Source of the DNA: a virus
Lineage: Duplodnaviria; Caudoviricetes
Reading direction: 5' to 3' (one strand)
Length of the DNA stretch: 64,000 nt
Virus record (IMG/VR): IMGVR_UViG_3300032327_000460
Coordinates: 8,422 to 72,421 of that record
Shown here one piece after another: positions 38,260-48,184 of the stretch. Both the position numbers and the translations under genes were made by a program. Numbering within the stretch: position 1 is the stretch's first letter; every line of letters starts with the position of its first letter. The notes beneath the pieces were generated by a model. It did not search any database, was not told the origin of the DNA, and saw only the letters and a program-made list of their open reading frames with translations.

Positions 38260-41130
38260 TCAAGTTTTGGAATACAACAGGATTTCTTCTTTGAGGTTGT
38301 TATTTTCTGAAATAGCGTCTATTACGTCAGAGAATTTTTGTTCCAATATTTCGGTAAATCTTTCTAAAACTTCTATTGAATTTGATTTTTTACTTGTGCC
38401 ACTAGTGGTAGCAGTAGACATATTACTAACTTTAGTCAAATCTGGTAATTCACTTTCAACTGATTTTTTCTGCACACTAGTAAACGATTCTCTCATCGAT
38501 GTTAGTACATCATTTGCAGACATGGTGTTATTGTTTAATGCTACTGAATTTTTACCCGGTCCATTAAAGATTCCACCTTCAAGTGCTTTGTTAATTGGAA
38601 CAGTATCTTTTGCAGATGCGTTTGGTGTTACGGGAGACGCACTAGCCTGCTGTTTGTTAAACTTCTCCATGATACTAGAAGGATATTGATTTCCGGATCT
38701 AATTGATGATCCTATTACAGCCATTTGTGCAGCACTTAGTGGCTTATCAGGGTGTACTGGCTCATTAGCAATTCTGAAATCACCTATACCGGTTTCTATT
38801 GTTTTGGGTGTAATAGGTTCGGTAGATACGGGAGATACTGCAGCCGCAGATGCATTATCAATCGCTCTTATTGAGGCTTGAGATGTAGGTATAGTTGGTG
38901 CTGAAGGTGCCGATGCCATTGCGGGTGCTGCACCAGCCTTTCGTGCGTCTTCCATAGTCTTAAATACTTCTTTGCCAGCACCACGCTGTTTTTTGTTTAA
39001 CTCACGCAACTCATTTTGTTCTTTGAGCAAGGCTTCTCTCTTAGCCGCCATTGACTTCATTGATTCTTTATTAGCATTATCCTCTGCTTTTTGTGCGTCT
39101 GCTTTTTGTTTCTCAGTAGCATTAGGATCAGATTTGGTTTGCGTATTAGTATCCATTGCGGCTTGTTGTTTATTCAATGCCGCTGTATCTGTTTGTTTAG
39201 ATTTTTCTACTGAAGATCCTTGTGCCGCGCCAGTACCAGAAGTTTGACTGAATAATTTTACAGCTTCATTGAAAGCCTTAACTGATGAAGCCATTGCAAG
39301 GCCGGCGCCATCCATTGCTCTAGCAGCTTGATCCAGTGTCAGTCCGGTTTTCTGTTGAATCTGTGCTAATTCAACATTTTTCTTTAGAGCTTCATCGTTG
39401 GTCTTTATTTTTTCGTCTTGAATTTTCTTTTGATATTCTTCTATTGTTCCTTTGAATGTTCCCTTAGCTTTAGCATCTTCAAATTCTTGTTTAGTTTTTT
39501 CCGATCGTTTAGTTGCATCTATTGTAGCTACATAATCACCAACTTGTCCCGAAACATCACCGCCTATCGCTCTAGTTCCGGCTGTTCGTTTTAGTGATTC
39601 TTTAGCACTCTCAATACCAGCCTGATAAACAACTTCACCTGTTTTACCTTCACTAATAGCTTTAATAGCACCTGCACTATTTTGCATTGCCATAGCTGAG
39701 TCAGCGTCAACTACATTTTTTCCTGCTGCATAATATTTGGCAACACCGGCTGCTTCTTTCTTTCTACCCTCGGCCATCAAGCGAGTAGAATATTTCATTG
39801 CAGCTTCTAATTCTGCTTGTCGTTTAGTGTCCCCTTTGCGTTCAGCTTCATACATAGCGGCACGCAATTCTTCGATTGCCATTACCTGCTTCTGTGCATC
39901 TTCTTGTTCTTTGCGACCTATACCAGTGACTGCGGCAATTCTATCTAATTCTTCCATGTAGGCAGCAGCACCTTTAACTAAATCTCCCTGTTGCTTGCCC
40001 TGCATCATACCCATGCGGGTCTGATTTGCCATGTACTTTAATGTATGTTCTCTTTGCTCGTCACTTGAAATACCAAGCATCAATAACTTTTTGTTAAGTT
40101 CTTTTGCCGGCCCTTCAAGTCCTGTAATTCCATTTGCTACTTCTGCAAACTTATCTAAACCACTAGATGCTGTACCACCAAATAATGCTAAATCTTTTGA
40201 TCCAGACACTAGTAGAGTGTTAAACTTCTCCATTTCAGCACTGGTTAAGTTTAACTTTTCTAATGTGTCACTAACACCACTCATGCCTTTGCTAGTGGTT
40301 AATCCTACTTCACTTAATTTATTGAATGATTTGTATACTGTATCGTTATACTCTGCACCCATTTCAATGAGTTTAGTAGACTTTTCTGTTGCAAAAGCAA
40401 ATACAGTAAGTGCAGCTCCTAAAAGTTTACTAGCAATACCTAAACCAGGAATAAGCATCATGGCACCACCGATGCCATATAGTGCTGTAGTTACGGACTC
40501 GTTGAAATCCTTGATAGCCTTAGCACCAACTTTTGCACCCCGCTCACCTTTGGACAACGAATCTGCCATCCCAAACGCAGCTTTAGAAACTCCACTAATA
40601 ACCGCGGTAGCTGCGGTAAATCCCATAGCCATCCCGGTACTTTTACCGGTCATGTCAAATAGCTTCTCCTGCATCTCCCCCATGACGCCGTCAAAACTAT
40701 TGACTTTGCCGGACACATTTCTAAATGCTTTTACCGGGTCTTTGGCGTATTCTGCTAATTCACGCTCTTTAGCAATACGCTTATCTAAAGTTTCTAATGA
40801 TTGCTTATTTGCAATACTAAGTTCAGTTGTTGTTTTGACTAAGTTACCGTTTGCATCAATCTTATACTTGCGTAAGCGCAACTCATCCTCAAATAACTTC
40901 TTTTGTGATGAATCTTCTTGTTTGCTTCTGCTTGCTTTAGCCGCAGCGGCTGCAGCCGCCGCTTCCTCAGCATCGGCTCGTTTCTTACCTGATTCTTTTA
41001 ATTTTTTATTTGCCTGAGCCTGCGGGCCCAGCATAGCCTGCATGGCCTCACCGGTATATCTTACTGTACCAGTAAGTTCGTTGAGTGATTCTGAAAGTTC
41101 TTGTAATTTACGCGGATCTAAATCATCCAT
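38260..41130 (-). CDS. tape-measure-like helical protein
   Basis: 956 aa Ala/Gly/Lys-rich helical sequence with one hydrophobic patch; late box 41157-41163. Confidence 0.45.
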   Translation of the reverse strand: MDDLDPRKLQELSESLNELTGTVRYTGEAMQAMLGPQAQANKKLKESGKKRADAEEAAAAAAAAKASRSKQEDSSQKKLFEDELRLRKYKIDANGNLVKTTTELSIANKQSLETLDKRIAKERELAEYAKDPVKAFRNVSGKVNSFDGVMGEMQEKLFDMTGKSTGMAMGFTAATAVISGVSKAAFGMADSLSKGERGAKVGAKAIKDFNESVTTALYGIGGAMMLIPGLGIASKLLGAALTVFAFATEKSTKLIEMGAEYNDTVYKSFNKLSEVGLTTSKGMSGVSDTLEKLNLTSAEMEKFNTLLVSGSKDLALFGGTASSGLDKFAEVANGITGLEGPAKELNKKLLMLGISSDEQREHTLKYMANQTRMGMMQGKQQGDLVKGAAAYMEELDRIAAVTGIGRKEQEDAQKQVMAIEELRAAMYEAERKGDTKRQAELEAAMKYSTRLMAEGRKKEAAGVAKYYAAGKNVVDADSAMAMQNSAGAIKAISEGKTGEVVYQAGIESAKESLKRTAGTRAIGGDVSGQVGDYVATIDATKRSEKTKQEFEDAKAKGTFKGTIEEYQKKIQDEKIKTNDEALKKNVELAQIQQKTGLTLDQAARAMDGAGLAMASSVKAFNEAVKLFSQTSGTGAAQGSSVEKSKQTDTAALNKQQAAMDTNTQTKSDPNATEKQKADAQKAEDNANKESMKSMAAKREALLKEQNELRELNKKQRGAGKEVFKTMEDARKAGAAPAMASAPSAPTIPTSQASIRAIDNASAAAVSPVSTEPITPKTIETGIGDFRIANEPVHPDKPLSAAQMAVIGSSIRSGNQYPSSIMEKFNKQQASASPVTPNASAKDTVPINKALEGGIFNGPGKNSVALNNNTMSANDVLTSMRESFTSVQKKSVESELPDLTKVSNMSTATTSGTSKKSNSIEVLERFTEILEQKFSDVIDAISENNNLKEEILLYSKT

Positions 41131-41202
41131 GGTATACCCATCTATTAGTCATTGTGTATTTATGATTAGTAAATACTGTGCTAATAGATGGGTAAAGTGT
41201 GT

Positions 41203-41790
41203 TTAGATGCGTTTATCGATGATACTGTCGATTAAGCCATACTCAAGTGCTTGTTGCGCTGACATAAAATTATCACGCTCCATGTCTCGGGTCAATTCTT
41301 CAAACGTCTTACCTGCACTATTATGCTTCACGTAAATTTCAGTAAGGTTCTTTTTCATTGTTAGAATTTCTTCTACTTGAATTAACATATCAGTAGCTTG
41401 ACCACGTGCACCGCCACTGGGTTGGTGAATCATATGACGGGCATTTGGTAACATCATGCGCTTTCCGATTGCACCGGCAGTTGCAAGTAAACTTCCCATG
41501 CTACAAGCTTGACCCATAACAATTGTTTGCACATCTGGTTTGATAAATTGCATACAATCATAAATTGCTAGACCAGCCGTTACACTACCGCCCGGGCTAT
41601 TGATGTACATTGCAATATCTTTTTCACCTTCAGATTCCAAAAACAACAATTGAGCCACTACAAGATTTGCCATTTGATCATGTACTTCACCCTCAAGCAA
41701 AATAACACGGTCACGCAATAGACGGCTGTAGATATCATAACTGCGCTCACCTTTAGCGGTTTGTTCGATGACGATTGGGACTAAACTCAT
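41203..41790 (-). CDS. clpP: ATP-dependent Clp protease proteolytic subunit
   Basis: [26 protein letters not shown] (Ser), MIHQP (His), RDNFMSA (Asp). Confidence 0.97.
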   Translation of the reverse strand: MSLVPIVIEQTAKGERSYDIYSRLLRDRVILLEGEVHDQMANLVVAQLLFLESEGEKDIAMYINSPGGSVTAGLAIYDCMQFIKPDVQTIVMGQACSMGSLLATAGAIGKRMMLPNARHMIHQPSGGARGQATDMLIQVEEILTMKKNLTEIYVKHNSAGKTFEELTRDMERDNFMSAQQALEYGLIDSIIDKRI

Positions 41791-41855
41791 AAACTTCCTT
41801 TAGTAAAATAATACTATTATACAGGAAGTTTATGTAATGTCAATTGATTTTGGTA

Positions 41856-43280
41856 TTAATCGGTAACCTTGAAACTTAATCCAGCTTTACCGGGCTCGCC
41901 TGGTGAAATTTTTGTATGCAGTGCTACATTACCATCAACCTTACCCGGCCATAATACTTTGGTAGTTAATTTGCCACCAATGATACGGGCAAAGATTTGA
42001 ACAAAGTTCTCATCTAGTAATTCTAACACAGTTGTTCTAAAGTTTTTAATAATACCAGAATTGATAGTGTCTACTAAATCTTTAGTTACTACATATACTA
42101 GTTTGCCGCCATCGGCACCTTTACTTGCTTGTATACTGGGAGCACTGATTAATGGTAAAAACTTTTTTGGAATAGGTGATGTGTTCTTTGTTCTAATATT
42201 GTTCAATACTTGCTTAACATCTTCACTAGTGAAGGGTACTAATTTTCTATATTTTTCTGGCACAGCTTCTGGATAGTTATTTGCAATCCAATTTATACCG
42301 GCAAAACCTTGTGCAGAAGTTGGGCTAACTTCAATTATATGATTAATAAAATCAAGACCATTTCCTCTTCTAATCTTAGACTTACGCTTTTCTATAGAAG
42401 CTCTTAGTCCACCAAGACTTGGCGCGGCACCTGTAGCAGTACTTCCTTTTCCACCTTTGCTACTGATAATAATATTGTGGCCAGTTTCTGCATTTTGCAC
42501 ACCATAACTATCGCCTAGCGGTGAGTTTTGTTCTCCGGGGAAAATAAGAGATAAATTGCTAAAATCAGGTGATTTTAAGAAGTTTAAAAATGCAGCCTTT
42601 TTAGGGAAGTCTGCAATGTCTTTAACCATTGCTAATACACCCAAGTATTCACCTGCATCAATGGCTATTTTTCTTTGCATTGATTCATCGTATTGTTTAA
42701 TAATTGGCTCTTGGCCATTGTTCATATCAGTGGCAGCTTGTTTAATTGCTTTACCTAATTCGCCGGCCGAGTCAAGTACTTTATTTGACATAATAACATC
42801 ATACAAATTGCCTGCCTTGATTTCTTGATGTTTATCTAATGCTTTTTTAATTTCCTCATCAGTAGTCAACACTATCTTATCTTTTGGCTTAGTTCCGGGC
42901 TTGTTAATAGGATCAGCAGTAATGCCAATACCCAATGGTTGTACATTAACATCACTTGTAGCTTGACCTTTTGCTGTTTGTAAGTCAGCTTTTTCTAATT
43001 TACTTACTGATACAGGGCCAACATCTTTCATATTGACAAAGATACTTGGTAAAGGTGCATTTGGTTCAAACTCTAAACGATTTAATACGCCTTTAATAGT
43101 AGGAGCCAAACGCTCGTATTCACCCTTATCTGGATAATATTGATTACCTGCTTTATCGACAAAAGGCGTACCATCTTTTAATTTCTGAAGGAAGTTTTGT
43201 GGTCTCCACTTTAAGTGTCGAGGATCAAACAAAGTTCCAGGGGTTAGTGGTGATTCTGTTAAAAATTCTGTTGCTCTCAT
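41856..43280 (-). CDS. hypothetical protein, possible PD-(D/E)xK nuclease-like core
   Basis: PLGDS...IISSKGG; N-terminal MRATEFLTE; late box 43299-43305. Confidence 0.35.
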   Translation of the reverse strand: MRATEFLTESPLTPGTLFDPRHLKWRPQNFLQKLKDGTPFVDKAGNQYYPDKGEYERLAPTIKGVLNRLEFEPNAPLPSIFVNMKDVGPVSVSKLEKADLQTAKGQATSDVNVQPLGIGITADPINKPGTKPKDKIVLTTDEEIKKALDKHQEIKAGNLYDVIMSNKVLDSAGELGKAIKQAATDMNNGQEPIIKQYDESMQRKIAIDAGEYLGVLAMVKDIADFPKKAAFLNFLKSPDFSNLSLIFPGEQNSPLGDSYGVQNAETGHNIIISSKGGKGSTATGAAPSLGGLRASIEKRKSKIRRGNGLDFINHIIEVSPTSAQGFAGINWIANNYPEAVPEKYRKLVPFTSEDVKQVLNNIRTKNTSPIPKKFLPLISAPSIQASKGADGGKLVYVVTKDLVDTINSGIIKNFRTTVLELLDENFVQIFARIIGGKLTTKVLWPGKVDGNVALHTKISPGEPGKAGLSFKVTD

Positions 43281-43310
43281 AATAATATACCTATAGAGTA
43301 TTTATCAGAG

Positions 43311-43802
43311 TCAACACTTAAATAAGTTTTGATGTTTAAACCATCGTTTGCGACTATGTGCGCTTTTTAATGAAATTCCATGTTTTGCTAACTTATCTCT
43401 AAACACAAAAAAACTAGGACCATGGCTCATGATAGGTTGTTTGCCTTTATTAAGTCGTTGTAATCCTTGAATGTCCCATTGATATTGATGGCACATTTCA
43501 TGCGCTAATATAGAAATTAGCCATTGCCTGCAATACCATTTATCCATCACTCGTATTTTGCAAAAACTTTTAGTCTTTGTGGGCATTTCGATAGAACCAA
43601 AACACATCCCCCAATATTTCCTACAACGAGGCATGACTTCTATTTCGGGCATTATTAACTTGTTGTTAAAAATAGTTTTGTTCAACATTTTGTACAATGC
43701 TATTACTTCGGCTTGGCTAGTTCTATAGCACAGTCGTTTTTGATATGTGATTGGAGGTAATTCCTCTCGCATAAGTTCTGCAATAGTAGTTTTGTTGAAC
43801 AT
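43311..43802 (-). CDS. SprT-like zinc metalloprotease
   Basis: LAHEMCHQYQ (HExxH) plus MSHGPSF. Confidence 0.8.
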   Translation of the reverse strand: MFNKTTIAELMREELPPITYQKRLCYRTSQAEVIALYKMLNKTIFNNKLIMPEIEVMPRCRKYWGMCFGSIEMPTKTKSFCKIRVMDKWYCRQWLISILAHEMCHQYQWDIQGLQRLNKGKQPIMSHGPSFFVFRDKLAKHGISLKSAHSRKRWFKHQNLFKC

Positions 43803-43878
43803 ACTGTATTTAGTTTAAAATTTTTAAAAAAATATATAGATTTAAAAAAGGAGTTAAATATATTTTTAGGAGATAGAA

Positions 43879-44154
43879 ATGATAGACTTTATCAAACGTT
43901 TGTTAGGCTTTTCAGCTAAACCAGTAGAGGCGGCACCGTCTGCACCATACAAAGTACCTGAACCAGCTGCCACCACACCGATCCCATTGGTAGTAGAAGA
44001 AACCGCACCCGTGGTTACTGAAACAAAGCCTGCGGCTCGTGTTACTAAGCCAAAAGCTCCAGCTAAAGCAAAGGCCCCGGCTAAAGCTACAGCTCCAGCT
44101 AAAGCAAAGGCCCCGGCTAAGCCAAGAGCTACAAAAGCTAAACCAACAGCTTAA
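43879..44154 (+). CDS. Ala/Lys/Pro-rich protein with histone H1-like tail
   Basis: KAPAKAKAPAKATAPAKAKAPAK repeats. Confidence 0.6.
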   Translation: MIDFIKRLLGFSAKPVEAAPSAPYKVPEPAATTPIPLVVEETAPVVTETKPAARVTKPKAPAKAKAPAKATAPAKAKAPAKPRATKAKPTA

Positions 44155-44159
44155 ATTTA

Positions 44160-44861
44160 ATGAATATAGGGTTTGATATAATCAGCGATCTAAATATAGA
44201 CGCTGAAGATGACTTTGCATGGGAAGGCAAAGCAACCAGCTTGTACCTAATTATAGCTGGCAATATCAGTAATGATTTGCGAGTCGTACATCAAACACTA
44301 CTTCATATTAGTCGGTTTTATCAGGGTGTGTTTTACATTGACGGTTCATCTGAACATGAATCCATGCACTTTGTAAAACATCGCCATGATGAATTAAACA
44401 AGTTGTGCAAGACTATGAAAAATGTTGCATACTTACATAATCATGTTGTTGTCATCAACGGCATTGCAATATTAGGATGTAATGGTTGGTATGTAAATAA
44501 AATAGATTTAACTTCTGACTTAGAAAAAATACACCTACATGCTCAACACACAGAAAATATTCAATATCTAAAAAATAGTTTACAAAAACTTCAACTACAC
44601 TTAGATGTAAAGAAAATAATGATAGTAACACATTCGGCACCTAGTCCCGAATTGTTTTTTGGTGAAGAGCCGCACAATATATCAGAATATTTTGCGTTAA
44701 AAGACACATTACTTAGCGACACTGAAGGCAAAGTAAGTCATTGGATTTATGGGAGTTATCATAAAAATGTTGATACAACTATAGACAATATTAATTATAT
44801 CAATAATTCTTGTTTCGGCAAAGAACCTTATTGGCCTAAGCGCATAGATATAGAGATTTAA
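44160..44861 (+). CDS. metallophosphoesterase-fold protein with degenerate motifs
   Basis: DIISDLNID, AGNIS, GSSEHE, THSAP, GSYH in place of DLH/GD/GNHE/HH/GHTH. Confidence 0.6.
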   Translation: MNIGFDIISDLNIDAEDDFAWEGKATSLYLIIAGNISNDLRVVHQTLLHISRFYQGVFYIDGSSEHESMHFVKHRHDELNKLCKTMKNVAYLHNHVVVINGIAILGCNGWYVNKIDLTSDLEKIHLHAQHTENIQYLKNSLQKLQLHLDVKKIMIVTHSAPSPELFFGEEPHNISEYFALKDTLLSDTEGKVSHWIYGSYHKNVDTTIDNINYINNSCFGKEPYWPKRIDIEI

Positions 44862-45163
44862 GCTTCTGCTTCTACTTTGATTTGTAGTGGGAAACCTTGA
44901 CTACGTGCGTCTAATGTAACTTCAATGCCCTTTTGTTCGGCAATTTCATATGGCAACACAGCAACAATTGCACTGCCCTGATTATGAATATTATGAGTTA
45001 GTGATGTAGCAGTATCCTCGTTATAATTAAAATAACTAATCAAACTGTTTACTACAAAATTCATGCTGGTTACTTCATCATTGATATAAATGATTTTATA
45101 CAATGGAGGCTCTGTCAGAGCAAGATTAGGTTTGATTTTAATTTTAGTATCAGTTTTAGACAT
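44858..45163 (-). CDS. clpS: Clp protease adaptor ClpS
   Basis: PPLYKIIYINDEVTSMNFVV...HNQGSAIV...AEQK...FPLQ; start trimmed to 45163. Confidence 0.85.
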   Translation of the reverse strand: MSKTDTKIKIKPNLALTEPPLYKIIYINDEVTSMNFVVNSLISYFNYNEDTATSLTHNIHNQGSAIVAVLPYEIAEQKGIEVTLDARSQGFPLQIKVEAEA

Positions 45164-45224
45164 AATTTTCTTTGTTGAGGTGTGCGAGTTACCCCGCACA
45201 CTTATTTATTGAAGTTCTATTATA

Positions 45225-45668
45225 TTACTTAGTGTAAGTAATTGCAATAGACTTGGGCTTTTGTTCTTCAGGAACTTTACGTTCTAAACTGATAGTCAAA
45301 ATACCATTTTCAGACTTGGCTCCTGCAACTTCAACATGGTCAGCTAATGTCCATGTTCGTGCGAAACTTCGTGCTGAGATTCCACGATGTAGATATTCAA
45401 TTTGATTATCTAAATCGACGGCTTGTTCGCCCTTAACAGTAAGTTGATTGCGCTCAACTTGGATGTTAATTTCACCATCTTTGAAGCCAGCAACAGCTAA
45501 TTCAATAGCAAAATTGTCATCACCGTGTTTGACAATGTTGTATGGAGGATAGTTTGTGTTAGCTTGAGATGTTCGCAATAGATCGTCAAACATGTTGTCG
45601 AATCCTACTGCAAATTTATGAATAGACGGAATGTCTAGGGAACGAAGGGTTAGTGTATTGTTTGTCAT
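45225..45668 (-). CDS. small heat shock protein Hsp20 (IbpA-like)
   Basis: VGFDNMFD...YPPYNI...IELAVAGF...YLHRGISARSFARTWTLADHVEV...NGILTI. Confidence 0.93.
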   Translation of the reverse strand: MTNNTLTLRSLDIPSIHKFAVGFDNMFDDLLRTSQANTNYPPYNIVKHGDDNFAIELAVAGFKDGEINIQVERNQLTVKGEQAVDLDNQIEYLHRGISARSFARTWTLADHVEVAGAKSENGILTISLERKVPEEQKPKSIAITYTK

Positions 45669-45720
45669 TTTTTTCTCCTATAAGCAAGTTATGACTGTGT
45701 GAGCCCGACTATCGGCGCTC
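45669..45720 (-). promoter_or_regulatory. ROSE-like RNA thermometer in hsp20 5' UTR
   Basis: CUUGCU-UAU-AGGAG hairpin over the SD (45675-45688) with bulged G; upstream hairpin GAGCGCCGA-UAG-UCGGGCUC (45701-45720); late box 45726-45732. Confidence 0.6.
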
Positions 45721-45770
45721 AATACTATTTATTATATCAGAAAACGCAAAAAAATATATTATTTTGTAAA

Positions 45771-45986
45771 TCAATATTCTTTTTTGGGGAGACTTTGATC
45801 ACGTAAGTATTTCTGCCAGCGTCTTTTTGCCTGGCTTTTTGCAAGTTTGCGCTGGACAGTGGGCTTGACAAACTGTTGTCTGTCACGCACTTCCTGCAGT
45901 AACCCGGAATCAGCAATTTTCTTTTTAAATTTTCTTAATGCTTTTTCTAGGTTGCCGTCTTGCAATAATACTTTTCTACCACTCAT
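45771..45986 (-). CDS. rpsU: ribosomal protein bS21
   Basis: GNLEKALRKFKKKIADSGLLQEVRDRQQFVKPTVQRK; ATGA overlap with clpX. Confidence 0.9.
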   Translation of the reverse strand: MSGRKVLLQDGNLEKALRKFKKKIADSGLLQEVRDRQQFVKPTVQRKLAKSQAKRRWQKYLRDQSLPKKEY

Positions 45987-47185
45987 ATTAACGATTTTGG
46001 CTCCAAAACTAAATCTCTATTTATATTTATCTCAGTAACATTATTTTCACGATACTTTTTAGTGTTAAACATATGTGGCATCAATGTTCTTTCAATTTCG
46101 GTATGAAGTCCTCGTGCACCAGTTTTTAACCTTAGACAATTTTCTGCTAACTGATCCAGTGCGCCATCATCGAAATCTAACACAATATCATCTAAACTGA
46201 GCAAATACTTATATTGGTCAATGTAGTTGTTCTTAACTTCTGTAAGAACCTTAAGAAGTTCTTCTTTAGTCAAATCACTTACACTTACTGTAGTAGTGAA
46301 ACGTCCGATGAATTCAGGAATCATACCAAATCGCACTAAGTCATCGGGAGATACATTAGTCAATGCTGACTCTTTATGATTGTCTTTAATTTCTGCACCA
46401 AAGCCAATGCTTGTACCATTCTCACGGTTGTTGATAATTTCTTTTAATCCAACAAACGCACCACCTGCAATGAACAGAATGTCTTTTGTATTAATCTCAA
46501 GCATATCGCCGCCGGGGTGTTTGCGCCCACCACTTGCCGGGATACGACATACCGTACCCTCAACTAATTTAAGTAGTGCTTGTTGAACGCCCTCACCTGA
46601 CACATCACGTGTGATACTAGCACTCTCACCTCGACGGGCAATTTTATCAATCTCGTCAACGAATACAATGCCACGCTCTGCTAGTTTAGGATCGCCGCCG
46701 GCGGCATTGACCAGCATATTAATCATTGATTCAACATCATCACCTACATAACCTGCTTCAGTGATACTCGTAGCATCTGCAACAACAAAGGGGACTTCTA
46801 AGTATTTTGCTACGGTCTTGGCAAGCAATGTTTTACCACTGCCGGTAGGACCAATCAATAATACATTACCCTTAGAGATTTCTAAGTCTTTTGGTGGTTT
46901 GTTAATACGTTTATAGTGATTAGCAATAGCTACGCTCAATACACTTTTAGCACTATCTTGACCAATAATATGCTGGTCTAAGAATTCTTTGATTGATTCA
47001 GGGTCGTATGAGGAAGTATGTGCTTTGGAGTCTAACTTAACAATCTCATCGTCAGTCATTAATTTACCACATAAGTCCACACACTCATTACAAATTGCCA
47101 CATCTTCGCTGACAATTAGTTTTTTAACTTTATCTTTGTGTTTACTGCAAAAGGTGCAATGATTTAATTTAGTTTCTGTTGACAT
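45983..47185 (-). CDS. clpX: ATP-dependent Clp protease ATP-binding subunit ClpX
   Basis: C4 zinc finger, GPTGSGKT, TEAGYVGDDVE, VDEIDK, RDVSGEGVQQALLK, IGF loop, TGARGL. Confidence 0.97.
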   Translation of the reverse strand: MSTETKLNHCTFCSKHKDKVKKLIVSEDVAICNECVDLCGKLMTDDEIVKLDSKAHTSSYDPESIKEFLDQHIIGQDSAKSVLSVAIANHYKRINKPPKDLEISKGNVLLIGPTGSGKTLLAKTVAKYLEVPFVVADATSITEAGYVGDDVESMINMLVNAAGGDPKLAERGIVFVDEIDKIARRGESASITRDVSGEGVQQALLKLVEGTVCRIPASGGRKHPGGDMLEINTKDILFIAGGAFVGLKEIINNRENGTSIGFGAEIKDNHKESALTNVSPDDLVRFGMIPEFIGRFTTTVSVSDLTKEELLKVLTEVKNNYIDQYKYLLSLDDIVLDFDDGALDQLAENCLRLKTGARGLHTEIERTLMPHMFNTKKYRENNVTEININRDLVLEPKSLI

Positions 47186-47209
47186 AGTTCTACTTATCTG
47201 TTTTGTTAT

Positions 47210-48184
47210 TCACTTACAACTTTCATGTCCCACAACATTTAGTTCAATTCGTTCTATTGATTTTAGTGCATCACTAGTGTTTGATGGACGAATTCTTATC
47301 ACATTGGTTTCTATTTGATTACCATAAATTGTAAGAATATCCCCTGTAGAATACACACCGGGTTTTCTTCCCGTAAATGATTCTGGTAAATAACATTGCT
47401 TGTAAAAAATATTATTATTTTGATCGGTTATTGTTAATTGTATTCTAGGCGTATGTTCTACGAACCGATTAGTAACATAGTTCATGGTTACTACATCATT
47501 AAATTTATAATGATTCTTTTTTCCAAGAACATAATCTTTAGGATTCTTTGCCATCACTATAATATTTCCAGGACTTGTCTTAAGAAATCCATTACTGCCA
47601 TCTTCTAACAAGGATAATGTTTCATTCAATGATTCAATATAATTATAGTTCCAGTAAAACTTAAATGGTACTTCAATGAAGATATTACGATTGGTATCAA
47701 CACCGAATGTATGTTGACCTTGTTCAACTATGAATGCTTTTTTTGGATAGTCATTCAATACAGAACGCAATAATCTATCACCATTATTTTTTGATTGTAT
47801 AAAAGTTTCGTATCGGGTACTATGAGTTTGATTGTCAAAGATTTTAGGATTAGTACTAGTACCTAAAATTCTGTTTGCAATTTTACTAGACGAAACCCAT
47901 ACATCTACAATGATAACTACATTATTATTGTATGTGTTGGTGTTAATAATTTTATAATTATCAACATAACCGGCACTATAATTAATAATGTCATTACGGA
48001 TAAGTTTATTATCTTTCGACTCCTGTTCATTAACTAGAACGGAACCAATTTGTAATTCTACCGCAGTTTTAAATGCGTTGTCTTTAGCCTGCTGTAGTGT
48101 ACTTCCAACGCCTTCTACACGAATGGATTGTGCTAATACAACATTACAAAACAGGCTTAGTAATACAATTAGGTATCTCATCAA
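47210..48184 (-). CDS. exported protein, LPP20/FlgT-N-like start
   Basis: Signal peptide; VEGVGSTLQQAKDNAFKTAVE. Confidence 0.45.
   Translation of the reverse strand: MMRYLIVLLSLFCNVVLAQSIRVEGVGSTLQQAKDNAFKTAVELQIGSVLVNEQESKDNKLIRNDIINYSAGYVDNYKIINTNTYNNNVVIIVDVWVSSSKIANRILGTSTNPKIFDNQTHSTRYETFIQSKNNGDRLLRSVLNDYPKKAFIVEQGQHTFGVDTNRNIFIEVPFKFYWNYNYIESLNETLSLLEDGSNGFLKTSPGNIIVMAKNPKDYVLGKKNHYKFNDVVTMNYVTNRFVEHTPRIQLTITDQNNNIFYKQCYLPESFTGRKPGVYSTGDILTIYGNQIETNVIRIRPSNTSDALKSIERIELNVVGHESCK

Noticed and set aside
40031-41017. 328-aa plus-strand ORF
   Set aside because: Shadow of the tape-measure-like gene; Ser/Leu-rich antisense composition
18580-47185. Bacterial chromosome origin suggested by infA, rpsU, clpXP, erpA and transporter genes
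   Set aside because: These genes are out of their bacterial operon context and are interleaved with T4-type late boxes, fibre genes and phage hypotheticals
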